Below are positions 45,123-55,452 of a stretch of 64,000 nt of DNA, piece after piece. Each line of letters starts with the position of its first letter. The stretch's first letter is position 1. Made by a program: the position numbers and the translations under genes. The stretch is from Sulfurimonas sp. GTDB lineage: Bacteria; Campylobacterota; Campylobacteria; Campylobacterales; Sulfurimonadaceae. The DNA lies in assembly GCA_041654255.1 (NCBI GenBank), contig JBAZDX010000008.1:7210-71209 (forward strand), given 5' to 3'. Below the pieces are notes generated by a model. That model had not been told where the DNA came from, did no database searches, and saw nothing but the letters and a program-made list of their open reading frames with translations.

Positions 45123-46244
45123 ATGAAAGTTGAATTTTGTAAGTATGAGAGCAGCAGAGAAGCGCATTCAAACGTAAGTGACGTTTTAGACGGAGAAGAT
45201 ATTGATCAGGTAAAAGAGCTAGAGGAGGAGTTTATCTCATATATAGGCTCAGAGTATGCGCTTGCTACTTCGCACGGGACTTCTGCGCTTCATTTGGCGA
45301 TGTTGGCACTGGACTTAAAACGCGGTGATAAAGTAGTCTGTTCTGTAAATGCGCATCCAAAAGTTCCGGAGGTTGTTCGCCACTTTGATGCGGAGCCTGT
45401 TTTTATAGATATTGATTCCCAGACTTACAATATAAACCTTGATAAACTAGAAACATATCTAGAAGATAACAAAGCTAAAAAATTAAAAGCTGTTATAGTC
45501 ACTCACGTAGCAGGGCAGTGTACGGATCTAAACAGATTGTACAACATGGCGAAAATCTATGATGTAAAAATCGTAGAGGATGCAAGCGAAGCTTTGGGTG
45601 CAACATATCAAGGTAAAAAGATAGGCTCGACAGGAGCTGATATTACATGTTTTAACTTCTCTTCTCACCTGAAAAAAGATGTTTGTAACGGCGGTATGAT
45701 TGTCTCAGACAGCGAGGAGATAATAGAGAGTGCTAAGCTTTTAAGTTCTCATGGAATGACAAGAGACAAAGATTCGCTTGATTATGTTTATGACGTTGTC
45801 GATATCGGATTTGACTATTCAATGAGCCAATTAGATGCCGCATATATAAGAGCAAAGGTTAAAGAACAGGATAAAAACCTAAAGAGGATTAAAGAGATAG
45901 CGCAAATGTATAACAAGGCTCTTGATGGTGTCGCTCACGTAACAATACCAAAGCCAAATAGCGATGAACATCCATACTCTCTCTACATAATTAAAGTGGA
46001 TAAAAACAGGGACTCTTTCGCGCTTGAACTTAAAAAACACGGTATTGAGGTCGGTCTGCACTACATACCGCTTCACTTTTTATCGTACTACAAAAATAAA
46101 TATGCGCTAAAAGTAAATAATTTTCCAGTCGCGCTTACGACTTATCAACAGGTTATGTCTCTTCCGATACATGCGAGCATGCAGGATAAAGAGGTGCAGT
46201 TCGTTATAGATAAAATTAAATTAGTTGCTTCGACAAGAGTTTAA
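45123..46244 (+). CDS. DegT/DnrJ/EryC1/StrS-family aminotransferase
   Basis: 'ATSHGTSALHLAMLAL' and 'VEDASEALGA' fit the family. Confidence 0.8.
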   Translation: MKVEFCKYESSREAHSNVSDVLDGEDIDQVKELEEEFISYIGSEYALATSHGTSALHLAMLALDLKRGDKVVCSVNAHPKVPEVVRHFDAEPVFIDIDSQTYNINLDKLETYLEDNKAKKLKAVIVTHVAGQCTDLNRLYNMAKIYDVKIVEDASEALGATYQGKKIGSTGADITCFNFSSHLKKDVCNGGMIVSDSEEIIESAKLLSSHGMTRDKDSLDYVYDVVDIGFDYSMSQLDAAYIRAKVKEQDKNLKRIKEIAQMYNKALDGVAHVTIPKPNSDEHPYSLYIIKVDKNRDSFALELKKHGIEVGLHYIPLHFLSYYKNKYALKVNNFPVALTTYQQVMSLPIHASMQDKEVQFVIDKIKLVASTRV

Positions 46245-46327
46245 GTTTATGCTAGACAATCTGCCGCTTTATGCGGCTAGCTTCAGTGCCAGAGCGGCTA
46301 GCGTAGCATTAACGGACTTGTTCGTTA

Positions 46328-47251
46328 ATGCGTAAAAAGGTCGTTTTTTGGGTTGAAGAGTACTTCTACAACCCAAATCCCATCCAAAAATCAATCTCCA
46401 TTTTACTTTTGCCGCTTAGCTGGCTCTACTGTTTTTACATGCACCTGAGATTTAAGAGCTTCAAGAGCAGAGATTTCGGCATAAATATTATCAGCATCGG
46501 AAATTTAAGTGTCGGCGGGAGCGGTAAAACGCCTCTTGTGACTGCTCTTGCTTCAAGATACAAGGATGCGGCGATAATTCTTCGCGGATATGGACGTAAA
46601 AGCAGTGGTCTTGTGGTTGTAAGTGATGGCAATAAGATTTTATGCGATGTAAAAATAAGCGGTGATGAAGCTATGATTTATGCGCACAAACTCCCTGGCG
46701 CAAAGGTAATAGTTAGTGAAAACCGAAACGAAGGTGTTTTAAAAGCCAAAGAAATTGGTGCAAAAATTCTATTTTTGGATGATGCCTATTCAAAACACGA
46801 CATAAAAAAACTTGACATCATTATAGACGTGCAAAGCAAAAACTCATCTTGTCTGCCATCAGGACCATTTAGAGAGAGGCTGTGGAGCACAAAAGAGGCT
46901 GTTATCGTAAAAGAGGGAATTGATTTTAAAAGAGTGGTTGAACTTAAAAATAAAAGTGATAAAATGTCACTCGTAACTGCTATAGCCAGACCGCAGCGCT
47001 TAAATGATTATCTGCCTGAGGTTGTGAGCAAAAACTACTTTGAAGACCACCACCCGTTTGTCAGAAATGAGGTTTTGGGTATTCTTCAAAGAGACGGCTC
47101 AAACTCGATTTTGGTAACATACAAAGATTTTGTAAAACTCCAAGAGTTCGACATACCGCTCTCACTTTTGGATTTACATGTAGAAGTTAATGAAAGTATT
47201 TTTAAAATTATAGATAATTATATAGAGGGTAAAAATGCAAAAAAAGATTGA
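46328..47251 (+). CDS. lpxK: Tetraacyldisaccharide 4'-kinase
   Basis: It has 'GNLSVGGSGKTP'. Confidence 0.85.
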   Translation: MRKKVVFWVEEYFYNPNPIQKSISILLLPLSWLYCFYMHLRFKSFKSRDFGINIISIGNLSVGGSGKTPLVTALASRYKDAAIILRGYGRKSSGLVVVSDGNKILCDVKISGDEAMIYAHKLPGAKVIVSENRNEGVLKAKEIGAKILFLDDAYSKHDIKKLDIIIDVQSKNSSCLPSGPFRERLWSTKEAVIVKEGIDFKRVVELKNKSDKMSLVTAIARPQRLNDYLPEVVSKNYFEDHHPFVRNEVLGILQRDGSNSILVTYKDFVKLQEFDIPLSLLDLHVEVNESIFKIIDNYIEGKNAKKD

Positions 47252-48086
47252 AACGGTTCAGACGCTTCTTGAAGCTCTGCCGTTTATAAAAGAGTTTAGA
47301 GGCAAGACGATAGTTATAAAATACGGCGGCTCGGCTCAGGAGTCACCGCAGTTAAAAGAGAAGTTTGCAGAGGACATTTTGCTTATGTATCTTGTTGGCA
47401 TTAAGCCTGTTATTGTTCATGGCGGCGGCAGACAGATAAACGAGATGCTTGATGCGCTCAAAATTGATACCAAGTTCATTGACGGTCAGCGTGTGACTTC
47501 AAAAGAGGTTATGCGAATCGTTGAGATGGTTTTAAGCGGAGAGATAAACAAAGAGATAGTTTCTCTTTTAAATTCTCACGGTGCGAAAGCGATAGGTATT
47601 AGCGGAAAAGATGCTCATTTCATCTCTGCAAAAGCAAAAGACTTTGCAAAATGGGGACTTACAGGAAATATTACTGACGTAAAATCTGAGGTTATAGAAA
47701 ATTTAATAACTGAGAAATTTATTCCGGTAATTGCTCCTATTGCAGCTGGGAGCGAGATGGGTCACCCTGGATTTAACATCAATGCCGATTTGTGCGCTTC
47801 ATATGTTGCAAAGGCTATCGGGGCCAGCAAAATTATATTTTTGACAGACACGGCAGGTGTTTTAAACAAAGATAAAGAGCTTTTCAGTACGCTTACAAAA
47901 GATGAGATTGATGCTCTAAAGGCTGATGGAACGATTCACGGCGGAATGGTGCCAAAAGTCGATGCTTGTCTTGAAGCGGTTGAGGGCGGTGTCCAAAAAG
48001 CTCATATAATTGACGGAAGAATAGAGCACTCGATGCTTTTGGAGCTATTTACCTCTGCCGGAGTTGGAACGCAGATAGTTCAATAA
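47235..48086 (+). CDS. argB: Acetylglutamate kinase
   Basis: It has 'IVIKYGGSA' and 'VHGGG'. Confidence 0.95.
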   Translation: MQKKIETVQTLLEALPFIKEFRGKTIVIKYGGSAQESPQLKEKFAEDILLMYLVGIKPVIVHGGGRQINEMLDALKIDTKFIDGQRVTSKEVMRIVEMVLSGEINKEIVSLLNSHGAKAIGISGKDAHFISAKAKDFAKWGLTGNITDVKSEVIENLITEKFIPVIAPIAAGSEMGHPGFNINADLCASYVAKAIGASKIIFLTDTAGVLNKDKELFSTLTKDEIDALKADGTIHGGMVPKVDACLEAVEGGVQKAHIIDGRIEHSMLLELFTSAGVGTQIVQ

Positions 48087-48119
48087 CTCTAAATTCTGTT
48101 TATCAAAAAGGGATTTTTT

Positions 48120-48797
48120 ATGAAAAAAAATATTAGTTTGTTGCTTCTTCCCATGCTTGTAAGTGCGCAAATGAGCATTACTACTACAGAACAGGTTTCT
48201 CAGTTGCTTACACCGGATGTGTTTCAAGGTTTGCTCGGATTTGATGAACAATATAAAAATATAAACAGTATTAAAACAGATTTTAATGCTATTATTGATG
48301 AAGTTAAAAAATTTGACCCCGCAACGCAATATTGCAATGGCGGCGGATACAATATCTCTCCAGTATATAACAGTAAAAGCCAAAAAAATGAGTTTCTTGG
48401 ATACAGCGGGCATCTGCAGTTTAATTGTGAATTTAATAGGGTTGAGCAATATAATGCACTGAATGAAAATATTAAGAAAATTATTTCAAATCGTGTCCGC
48501 ATAGCACAGGGCGCTTTATTGTGGAATGTCAGCAGTAAAACAGAGGCATCTGTTGAGCAAGAGCTGCAATTGGTTTTACTGAAAAAAGCTAAGGCACAGG
48601 CAGATAGTTTTTCAAAAGAGACACTGCTTGAATGCGAAGTTTCTACCGTAAAGTTTAATGATGATACTCAAGCTAAACCTGCGGCAAAGAAGATGAAAAC
48701 AAAGATTAAAGATATACCTGCCCAAAATCCGAGACAGAGCAATAAAGAGAGTGTTCTAAGTGCGACCGTATTATATAAATGTAGTAAAAAACAGTAG
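48120..48797 (+). CDS. Secreted hypothetical protein
   Basis: It has the signal peptide 'LLLLPMLVSAQ'. No family could be assigned with confidence. Confidence 0.5.
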   Translation: MKKNISLLLLPMLVSAQMSITTTEQVSQLLTPDVFQGLLGFDEQYKNINSIKTDFNAIIDEVKKFDPATQYCNGGGYNISPVYNSKSQKNEFLGYSGHLQFNCEFNRVEQYNALNENIKKIISNRVRIAQGALLWNVSSKTEASVEQELQLVLLKKAKAQADSFSKETLLECEVSTVKFNDDTQAKPAAKKMKTKIKDIPAQNPRQSNKESVLSATVLYKCSKKQ

Positions 48798-49946
48798 TTA
48801 CAACTTGCTTTTTCTAGCCATTTTATAAAAAAGCTTTTCAGTTGATATCTCTTGTGGCATCGGCTCATTGTATAGAATATTTTGAGTCAGTATTTTTGCC
48901 AGATATGGTCCAAAAACAAACCCTCTTGAGCCTAGCGCATTTATGAGATACAGGTTTTGGAAATACTCCAAACTCTCAGGCGGGATTTTTGTCCCGTTTT
49001 TAATAGAGGGATACTTTTTTAGAGTGCTTTTGTGCTCAACCGCTTTGCCAATTACCGGAAAATAGCTTTTTATGGTGGCTCTAGCTCCCTTGTAGCTCTT
49101 TATAACTTCCAAATCATCAAGTTTTATAAGCTCATCTGCTTGCTTTAAAAGTGTTTTTATCTGCGCTTCATCACTATTTACATAAAAAGAGCACTTGTCG
49201 CAGGTTGTCAAGCACTCCATCATCTGGCTGTCGTGCCTCTCATGCGTTGCGCCGATGGAAATGGTTCCATCTTGTTTGTTTGTCGAGATTGAGATGGATT
49301 TGTGGATATTAAATGGAACTTTTGTAGTTGTTTTGACATCGATTCTTAGTCCAAAAATAGGTGATATTTTCATATATGGAATCTCTACCAAAGATTTGCT
49401 CACGCCTTGGGTCAGAATGACATTTTTGGCTTTTATATTTTCTAACATGTAAAAATCGTTTTCAAAAATCAACTTCTCTACATCTATTTTGTAAAAATCA
49501 CATCCCTCGGTTAGTTTATAGCAAATTTGTATCGGCTCAATTACTGCCGCATTTTTGTAAAAATAGCCTTCAATATCTCTGAAATTTTTTGAGATACTAT
49601 GGAGTTTTTTAACGTCAAAATAGTCATATTTTATGCTGTTTTGTGAGAGTTTATCTTCATCAAAATTATCATTAGCAACCCTGAGAACGCCTTTTTTGTC
49701 CACCGCTTGGGGGAGCAACTCTTGGTAAAAGTTTAAAGAGAAATCAAGGGCGGTGTTAACAAGAGAGTTGTAGAGGTTTTTTTGCCCTGGAAGCGGTGAT
49801 AAAAAGGCTCCTGCAGCTCCGCTGGCACCTCCTGCAATGCCTTCTCTGTCAACCAGAGCCACGCTTTTGCCATCTTTGTGCAAAAAGTAAGCCGCAGAAC
49901 ATCCCGCACTTCCGGCTCCGATAATTAAAAAGTCATATATTTTCAT
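48798..49946 (-). CDS. FAD-dependent oxidoreductase (DAO family)
   Basis: It has the N-terminal dinucleotide fold 'DFLIIGAGSAGCSAA'. Confidence 0.8.
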   Translation of the reverse strand: MKIYDFLIIGAGSAGCSAAYFLHKDGKSVALVDREGIAGGASGAAGAFLSPLPGQKNLYNSLVNTALDFSLNFYQELLPQAVDKKGVLRVANDNFDEDKLSQNSIKYDYFDVKKLHSISKNFRDIEGYFYKNAAVIEPIQICYKLTEGCDFYKIDVEKLIFENDFYMLENIKAKNVILTQGVSKSLVEIPYMKISPIFGLRIDVKTTTKVPFNIHKSISISTNKQDGTISIGATHERHDSQMMECLTTCDKCSFYVNSDEAQIKTLLKQADELIKLDDLEVIKSYKGARATIKSYFPVIGKAVEHKSTLKKYPSIKNGTKIPPESLEYFQNLYLINALGSRGFVFGPYLAKILTQNILYNEPMPQEISTEKLFYKMARKSKL

Positions 49947-50043
49947 TTTCGTATTATATAAAATTATGACTTAATGTCAGGCGTTAAGCGATTGTTACAA
50001 TAGTGATGTTATAATCGCCATAATATTATAAACAGGATGTGGA

Positions 50044-50325
50044 ATGTACGGACTTTTTGAAGATGAAGATGATATATTTATGGGCTCGCCTAAGAGCAAA
50101 TTGATGGATGTCATTTTTAATGCAAACAATGATGTTGTAAGATATGAGTTGCAAAAGTTTATAGACAGAACCGCAGCAATCGAGCTTATGATGGCAGATA
50201 AATTTAGCCAAGATATGGATAGAGAGATTCAAAGCTTTATGCACTCAAGGGGCGATGAAGTTGAGAATCATGCGAAAAGCTTATATATCGAATTGATGGG
50301 TGCGATTTTATCACAAAGTGAATAA
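50044..50325 (+). CDS. Hypothetical protein
   Basis: It is a 93 aa ORF immediately upstream of the next gene. Confidence 0.4.
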   Translation: MYGLFEDEDDIFMGSPKSKLMDVIFNANNDVVRYELQKFIDRTAAIELMMADKFSQDMDREIQSFMHSRGDEVENHAKSLYIELMGAILSQSE

Positions 50326-50739
50326 TTGAGAACCTTTTTACGCCTAATTGCCATTTTATCACTTGGTTTTAGTTTCATATTTGCCAGTGATTATAGAGAA
50401 ATCAAAGAAATTGTGCTAAAAAAAGATGAGCAAAAGAAAATTCTTGTAAAATACGCTGACAAAGAAAAACTTTTTCAATTAAGATGGACTCTTTACAAGA
50501 ACGGCGGACTTGTTCTCTTTAGGTCATATGATAAAATTGTTGCACAACATGTACTTTATTTGAGACATGAAAATCAGAGTTTTAGAGTTGAGTTGATGCC
50601 AAAGGGTGCTGATTATAGCAGTGCGGCATATGTGCTCGTTAAATTCAAAGAGTTTAAACAAGAGAGCAAAGAGGCCGTGTTTGAGATGATTCTCTTTGAT
50701 AGCAAAGGGCAAGTAGTGTTAGAAGATTTTAAAAAATAG
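50326..50739 (+). CDS. Secreted hypothetical protein
   Basis: It has a TTG start and the signal peptide 'LIAILSLGFSFIFA'. Confidence 0.45.
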   Translation: MRTFLRLIAILSLGFSFIFASDYREIKEIVLKKDEQKKILVKYADKEKLFQLRWTLYKNGGLVLFRSYDKIVAQHVLYLRHENQSFRVELMPKGADYSSAAYVLVKFKEFKQESKEAVFEMILFDSKGQVVLEDFKK

Positions 50740-50752
50740 ATGAAGTGAGAGT

Positions 50753-51640
50753 ATGCAAAGAGTTGAGAGCGAAATAGCAAAACTGATTAAAGAGATAAAC
50801 TATGACGAAGTGAGCCGTCTTTTTGGGATGTTATCAGGAGGAAAAAGGCTTCGTGCAAAGTTGATTTTAAAAATCGCGCCGTTAAACGAAAAAGCGCCTC
50901 TGCTCGCTGCAATAGTAGAGCTTATACACGGAGCAAGTCTACTTCACGACGATGTAATCGATGAAGCAACTCTTAGACGCGGAGTAGCTTCTGTAAATGC
51001 GACTGATGGAAGCAAAACGGCCGTAATGCTCGGCGATATACTCTACTCAAAAGCTTTTACAGAGCTTGTGGCGTTTGAGAGAGATATTGCAAGAGTAATT
51101 GCATCTTCCGTAACAGCACTTAGCAAGGGTGAGATGATGGATGTGAAGATGGCGGGTGAGTTTAACGTGGACGAAGAGAAGTATCTTGACATGCTGTATC
51201 TAAAAACCGCAACTTTAATCGAAGCTGCCGCTGAAGCTTCGGCTATTTTGGCGGGCAAAGATGCCACGTCTCATGCGCTATATGGAAGAAATCTTGGACT
51301 CTCCTTTCAAATCATAGATGATATTTTGGATATCACTAGCGATGCGCAGACCCTTGGAAAACCGTCAATGAATGATTTTGTAGAGGGCAAATGTACGCTG
51401 CCGTATATTTATCTCTATAGAATTTTAGATGATAACGACAAGCAGAAGTTACTCTCTCTGCACGCAAAAGTATTGGATGAAGAAGAGACTCTTTGGATTA
51501 GAGAAAAGATGAAAGAACATAAAACAATTGAGAAATCTTTTGAGTTGGCAGAAAAATTATCAAATGAGGCAATGAACGTAATGAAAGATGATGTTGAACT
51601 CGTAAATATTTTACAAACTATGATAAAAAGAAGTTACTAA
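50753..51640 (+). CDS. Polyprenyl diphosphate synthase (IspB-like)
   Basis: It has the two DDxxD motifs 'LLHDDVIDE' and 'IIDDILD'. Confidence 0.85.
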   Translation: MQRVESEIAKLIKEINYDEVSRLFGMLSGGKRLRAKLILKIAPLNEKAPLLAAIVELIHGASLLHDDVIDEATLRRGVASVNATDGSKTAVMLGDILYSKAFTELVAFERDIARVIASSVTALSKGEMMDVKMAGEFNVDEEKYLDMLYLKTATLIEAAAEASAILAGKDATSHALYGRNLGLSFQIIDDILDITSDAQTLGKPSMNDFVEGKCTLPYIYLYRILDDNDKQKLLSLHAKVLDEEETLWIREKMKEHKTIEKSFELAEKLSNEAMNVMKDDVELVNILQTMIKRSY

Positions 51641-52938
51641 TGCACTATTTAAACATAAGTTTTTCACATAAAAATTCGACTATGGAAGTCAGAGAGAAGC
51701 TCTCTTACAAAGATGACAACTCTAAAAGAGGGTGTCTGACAAAGCTAAACTCTAGCGAGGCGATTAACGAGTCGATTCTGATATCAACATGTAACCGCAT
51801 GGAAGTTTTTTGCAGCTGCAGTGATGTGGCTTTAGCTACACAGCATATTTTTGAGATGCTCTCTGCAAGATCCGGTATCTCCATAGATGAGCTAGAAGGA
51901 AGAGCAAATATATATGACGACAGCAGCGCTATTCATCATATTTTTTCCGTTGCTTCATCGCTTGATTCTATGGTTGTAGGCGAGACGCAGATTGCCGGGC
52001 AACTGAAAGATGCCTTTAGATTTTCATACGACAAGGGGTATTGCGGTCAAAAACTGGCTCGTGCCATGCATCACGCTTTTAAGTGTGCGGCAAAGGTCAG
52101 AAACGCTACGGATATATCTTCAAAACCGGTCTCAATCGCAAGTGTTGCCGTCGCTAAACTAAAATCAGTTCTTGATAGCGTTGAGGGCAAAAAAGCTTTG
52201 GTTATCGGCGTTGGAGAGATGTCTGAGATTACAGCAAAACACTTGATATCCAGCGGTGCAGATGTTTACATAATGAACAGAACAAAAGAAAAAGCTCAAA
52301 AACTGTCGCAGGAGTGCGGCGCTAAGGTTTTAGATATGAGCGAGCTTCCAAAAGCGGTAAATGAGTTTGAGATTCTTTTTACGGCTACATCGGCTTCTGA
52401 GCCTATAATTACGGATGAGATTATTGAGCAGTGCGATTTTGACAGATATTGGTTTGATATGGCGATGCCTCGCGACATAAACTATCACAAGGGCGAGCGA
52501 ATAAATCTCTATGTTATTGATGACTTAAAAAATATTGTGGATGAAAATATCTCTCTGCGTGAAGACAGTGCAAGAAAAGCTCACGGTATCGTAGGACGAA
52601 GCACGGTAGAGTTCTTTGAGTGGCTAAATACGCTAAATATCGAGCCTATGATTAAAGAGATATATAAAAAAGCCTTTGATGCGGCAGCTGCAGAGTGTGA
52701 TAGAGTTGTTAAAAAGGGCTATGTTCCAAAAGAGTATGAGGCTCAAATCCGCAAGATGGGCGAGCAGGTCATGAAGAGATTTCTGCATGAAATGACATCA
52801 AAAATGCGCGACGTATCTGAGGATTCAAAAGCAGATATGATAACAAGCGCTTTGCAGTTTTTAATACAAAAAGATAAGAGTGACATGCCTGACAAATACA
52901 AGTGCGAGCATGCCCTAAACATTATAGAAGGAAAATAA
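51640..52938 (+). CDS. hemA: Glutamyl-tRNA reductase
   Basis: It has 'STCNRMEV' and 'GETQIAGQ'. Confidence 0.95.
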   Translation: MHYLNISFSHKNSTMEVREKLSYKDDNSKRGCLTKLNSSEAINESILISTCNRMEVFCSCSDVALATQHIFEMLSARSGISIDELEGRANIYDDSSAIHHIFSVASSLDSMVVGETQIAGQLKDAFRFSYDKGYCGQKLARAMHHAFKCAAKVRNATDISSKPVSIASVAVAKLKSVLDSVEGKKALVIGVGEMSEITAKHLISSGADVYIMNRTKEKAQKLSQECGAKVLDMSELPKAVNEFEILFTATSASEPIITDEIIEQCDFDRYWFDMAMPRDINYHKGERINLYVIDDLKNIVDENISLREDSARKAHGIVGRSTVEFFEWLNTLNIEPMIKEIYKKAFDAAAAECDRVVKKGYVPKEYEAQIRKMGEQVMKRFLHEMTSKMRDVSEDSKADMITSALQFLIQKDKSDMPDKYKCEHALNIIEGK

Positions 52939-54243
52939 TTGAGAAGAAGTAGATCATTTATACCTACCGCAAAAGAAGCGCCGTCCGATGCAACTCTGCC
53001 GTCGCATAAATTTTTAATAAGAGGCGGTTTTATCAATCAACAGGGTGCTGGACTTTACAATTTTATGCCGCTTGGAAAGATAGTATTGGAAAAAATCAGA
53101 GCGATAGTAAAAGAGGAGCTGGACAATGCCGGCTGCTTGGAAGTGCAGCTTAGTTTTGTAACCCCTATCGGCTTATGGGAGAGAAGCGGTCGTTCTGAGG
53201 CTATGGGAAAAGAGATGCTTCGCATAAAAGACAGGCATGAAAATGAGTTCGTACTCAGCCCGACAAACGAAGAGGCTATGGTAGAGTTGGTAAAAAACAG
53301 AGCAACAAGCTATAAAGACCTGCCTCTAAATCTCTATCAGATAAATACCAAGTTTCGTGATGAAGCAAGACCTAGATATGGGCTTATGCGAGGTCGTGAA
53401 TTTCTAATGAAAGACGGATACTCTTTTCACTCTTCTGTGGAGGATATGATAAGAGAGTTTGATCTTATGGAAGAGACATATAAAAAGATTTTCACAAGAC
53501 TGGGACTTGATTTTAGAGTAGTAGCGGCTGACAGCGGAGCAATAGGCGGAGAGGGAAGCAAAGAGTTCCATGTATTGGCAAACAGCGGCGAAGACACGCT
53601 TGTCGTATGCGGGGCATGCGATTACGGTGCAAATATCGAGACAATTTTTGATGCCGAGCAAACGGATGTGCTGAATCAAAAATCTTATGACGAGCTTCAA
53701 GAGTTGAAAATCGATAAACGCTGCTCATGCGGTGCGTCACTTCACTTTAAAAAGGGGATTGAAGTCGGACATATCTTTCAGCTTGGCACAAAATACTCTG
53801 CAGCGCTAGAAGCACATTTCAGTGATGAAAACGGCAGAGCAAAACCTTTTGAGATGGCAACATTCGGCATAGGTGTAAGCAGACTTGTAGCAGCTGTTAT
53901 TGAGCAAAATCATGACGAAGATGGCTGTATCTGGACAAAAACAACTGCGCCGTATGTAGTCAATATTATGGTCTCAAACATCAAAGACGCCGCACAGATG
54001 AGCTTAGGCGAAGAGCTTTATGAGAGACTTAAAGCTTCAAAAGTGGACGTTATGCTTGACGACTCAAAAGAGAGATTCGGTTTTAAAATGAAAGATGCCG
54101 AGCTTATAGGGTTTCCATATACTATTATCATCGGTAAAGAGCTTGAAGGCGGCTTGGTTCAAATATTTGATAGAAAAACAAAAGAGAATATTCCGGTAGC
54201 CGCGGATAATATTTATAGCAAAATAATGGAATTAGTAAAATAA
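52939..54243 (+). CDS. proS: Prolyl-tRNA synthetase (short form lacking the INS editing domain)
   Basis: It has class II motifs '[17 protein letters not shown]' and 'GIGVSRL'. It is only 434 aa. Confidence 0.9.
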   Translation: MRRSRSFIPTAKEAPSDATLPSHKFLIRGGFINQQGAGLYNFMPLGKIVLEKIRAIVKEELDNAGCLEVQLSFVTPIGLWERSGRSEAMGKEMLRIKDRHENEFVLSPTNEEAMVELVKNRATSYKDLPLNLYQINTKFRDEARPRYGLMRGREFLMKDGYSFHSSVEDMIREFDLMEETYKKIFTRLGLDFRVVAADSGAIGGEGSKEFHVLANSGEDTLVVCGACDYGANIETIFDAEQTDVLNQKSYDELQELKIDKRCSCGASLHFKKGIEVGHIFQLGTKYSAALEAHFSDENGRAKPFEMATFGIGVSRLVAAVIEQNHDEDGCIWTKTTAPYVVNIMVSNIKDAAQMSLGEELYERLKASKVDVMLDDSKERFGFKMKDAELIGFPYTIIIGKELEGGLVQIFDRKTKENIPVAADNIYSKIMELVK

Positions 54244-54668
54244 TGATCTATTTTCTTGTTTATCTATTTTTTGAGGTTCTGATTTCCGTAAACATATCAT
54301 CGGCAATCGGCGGATTGGCAACATTTTTTGAAATTATTTTAAGCGCTCTTTTTGGCATAGCTATACTTATGAATTTTAAATCAACGCTTAGGGAAAATAT
54401 TACGGCTGTTTCATACAGCTGTATAGACTTAAAACAGTTTCAGAGCCTAAATCTCTTTACTATCTTTGGAGCAGTTTTGCTTATTGCTCCTGGATTTTTA
54501 ACGGATATAGTAGGTATTTTATTACAATTTAGCGTATTTACGACTATGTTTGTTAATCGTTATAATGTAAAATCAAAATGTAAAACAGATTATGAAAAAA
54601 ACAGCAGAGAAAAGGATATTGATGTCATTGATGTTGAAATTATTAGCGATAACACTTACACTAAGTAG
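54243..54668 (+). CDS. fxsA: FxsA-family membrane protein
   Basis: It has 'LIAPGFLTDIVGILL'. Confidence 0.75.
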   Translation: MIYFLVYLFFEVLISVNISSAIGGLATFFEIILSALFGIAILMNFKSTLRENITAVSYSCIDLKQFQSLNLFTIFGAVLLIAPGFLTDIVGILLQFSVFTTMFVNRYNVKSKCKTDYEKNSREKDIDVIDVEIISDNTYTK

Positions 54669-55452
54669 TTTATTAAGAGCGGATGCTTCTAGCGCGGCGG
54701 TTGAAAAATTTTTAAAAGATACGTTTAGCGTAAACCCGAACATACTATCTATAAACGTTAAAGTTACAAATGTAACCGAGGTTAAGGGGTATAAGGATTG
54801 GAATGCGTACTATGTTGAACTGGATGCAATGCTAAAAAAAGAGAAGCGCCAAGTTGTTCAAAAAATGGTTTGGTTCTCTGACGGTAAAGTTGTAACTAAA
54901 GAGTTGTTTGATTTGGATAGCGGTAAAAACATGAGTGATTTAGTCTCTCTCCCATTTAAAAATGAGTACTATAAAAAAGAAAATTTAATCTATGGCAATC
55001 CTAATGCAAAACATAAAGTGGTAATTTTTTCAGACCCGCTCTGTCCGTTTTGCAGAACATTCGTTCCAGAAGCAGTAGAGTATATGAAAAAAGAACCGAA
55101 TAAGTTTGCCATCTATTACTACCACTTTCCGCTTGATTCGCTTCATCCGGCCGCTGTCGAGCTGGTAAAAGCCGCTATAGCGCTTGAGTTAAAGGGTAGA
55201 AAAGATGTTGTTCTTGACCTCTATAAGGTTAATGTAGATCCAAAAGAGAAGAACAATGAGGTAATTTTAAAAGAGTTTAACAAAATTATGAAATCAGATA
55301 TCAAGATGTTTGAACTTATGTCAAAAGAGGTTGTAGAGCATTTTAAAAATGATTTGGAAGTTGCTGATGCGCTTATGGTTAACGGAACTCCTACAATGTT
55401 CTTTGACGGAAATATGGATAAAACAAAAAGTAAATATAAAGAGGCAAAATAG
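54592..55452 (+). CDS. Periplasmic thiol:disulfide interchange protein (DsbA/DsbG-like)
   Basis: It has a signal peptide and the 'CPFC' thioredoxin motif. The start could be the ATG at 54622. Confidence 0.75.
   Translation: MKKTAEKRILMSLMLKLLAITLTLSSLLRADASSAAVEKFLKDTFSVNPNILSINVKVTNVTEVKGYKDWNAYYVELDAMLKKEKRQVVQKMVWFSDGKVVTKELFDLDSGKNMSDLVSLPFKNEYYKKENLIYGNPNAKHKVVIFSDPLCPFCRTFVPEAVEYMKKEPNKFAIYYYHFPLDSLHPAAVELVKAAIALELKGRKDVVLDLYKVNVDPKEKNNEVILKEFNKIMKSDIKMFELMSKEVVEHFKNDLEVADALMVNGTPTMFFDGNMDKTKSKYKEAK

Noticed and set aside
46245-46327. GC-rich hairpins (GCCGC-TTTAT-GCGGC at 46263-46277, plus flanking GCTAGC repeats) between the aminotransferase gene and lpxK, considered as a possible small RNA or terminator
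   Set aside because: The stems are short and imperfect, there is no T-tract, and no recognisable RNA family features are present. The evidence is insufficient to call a feature.
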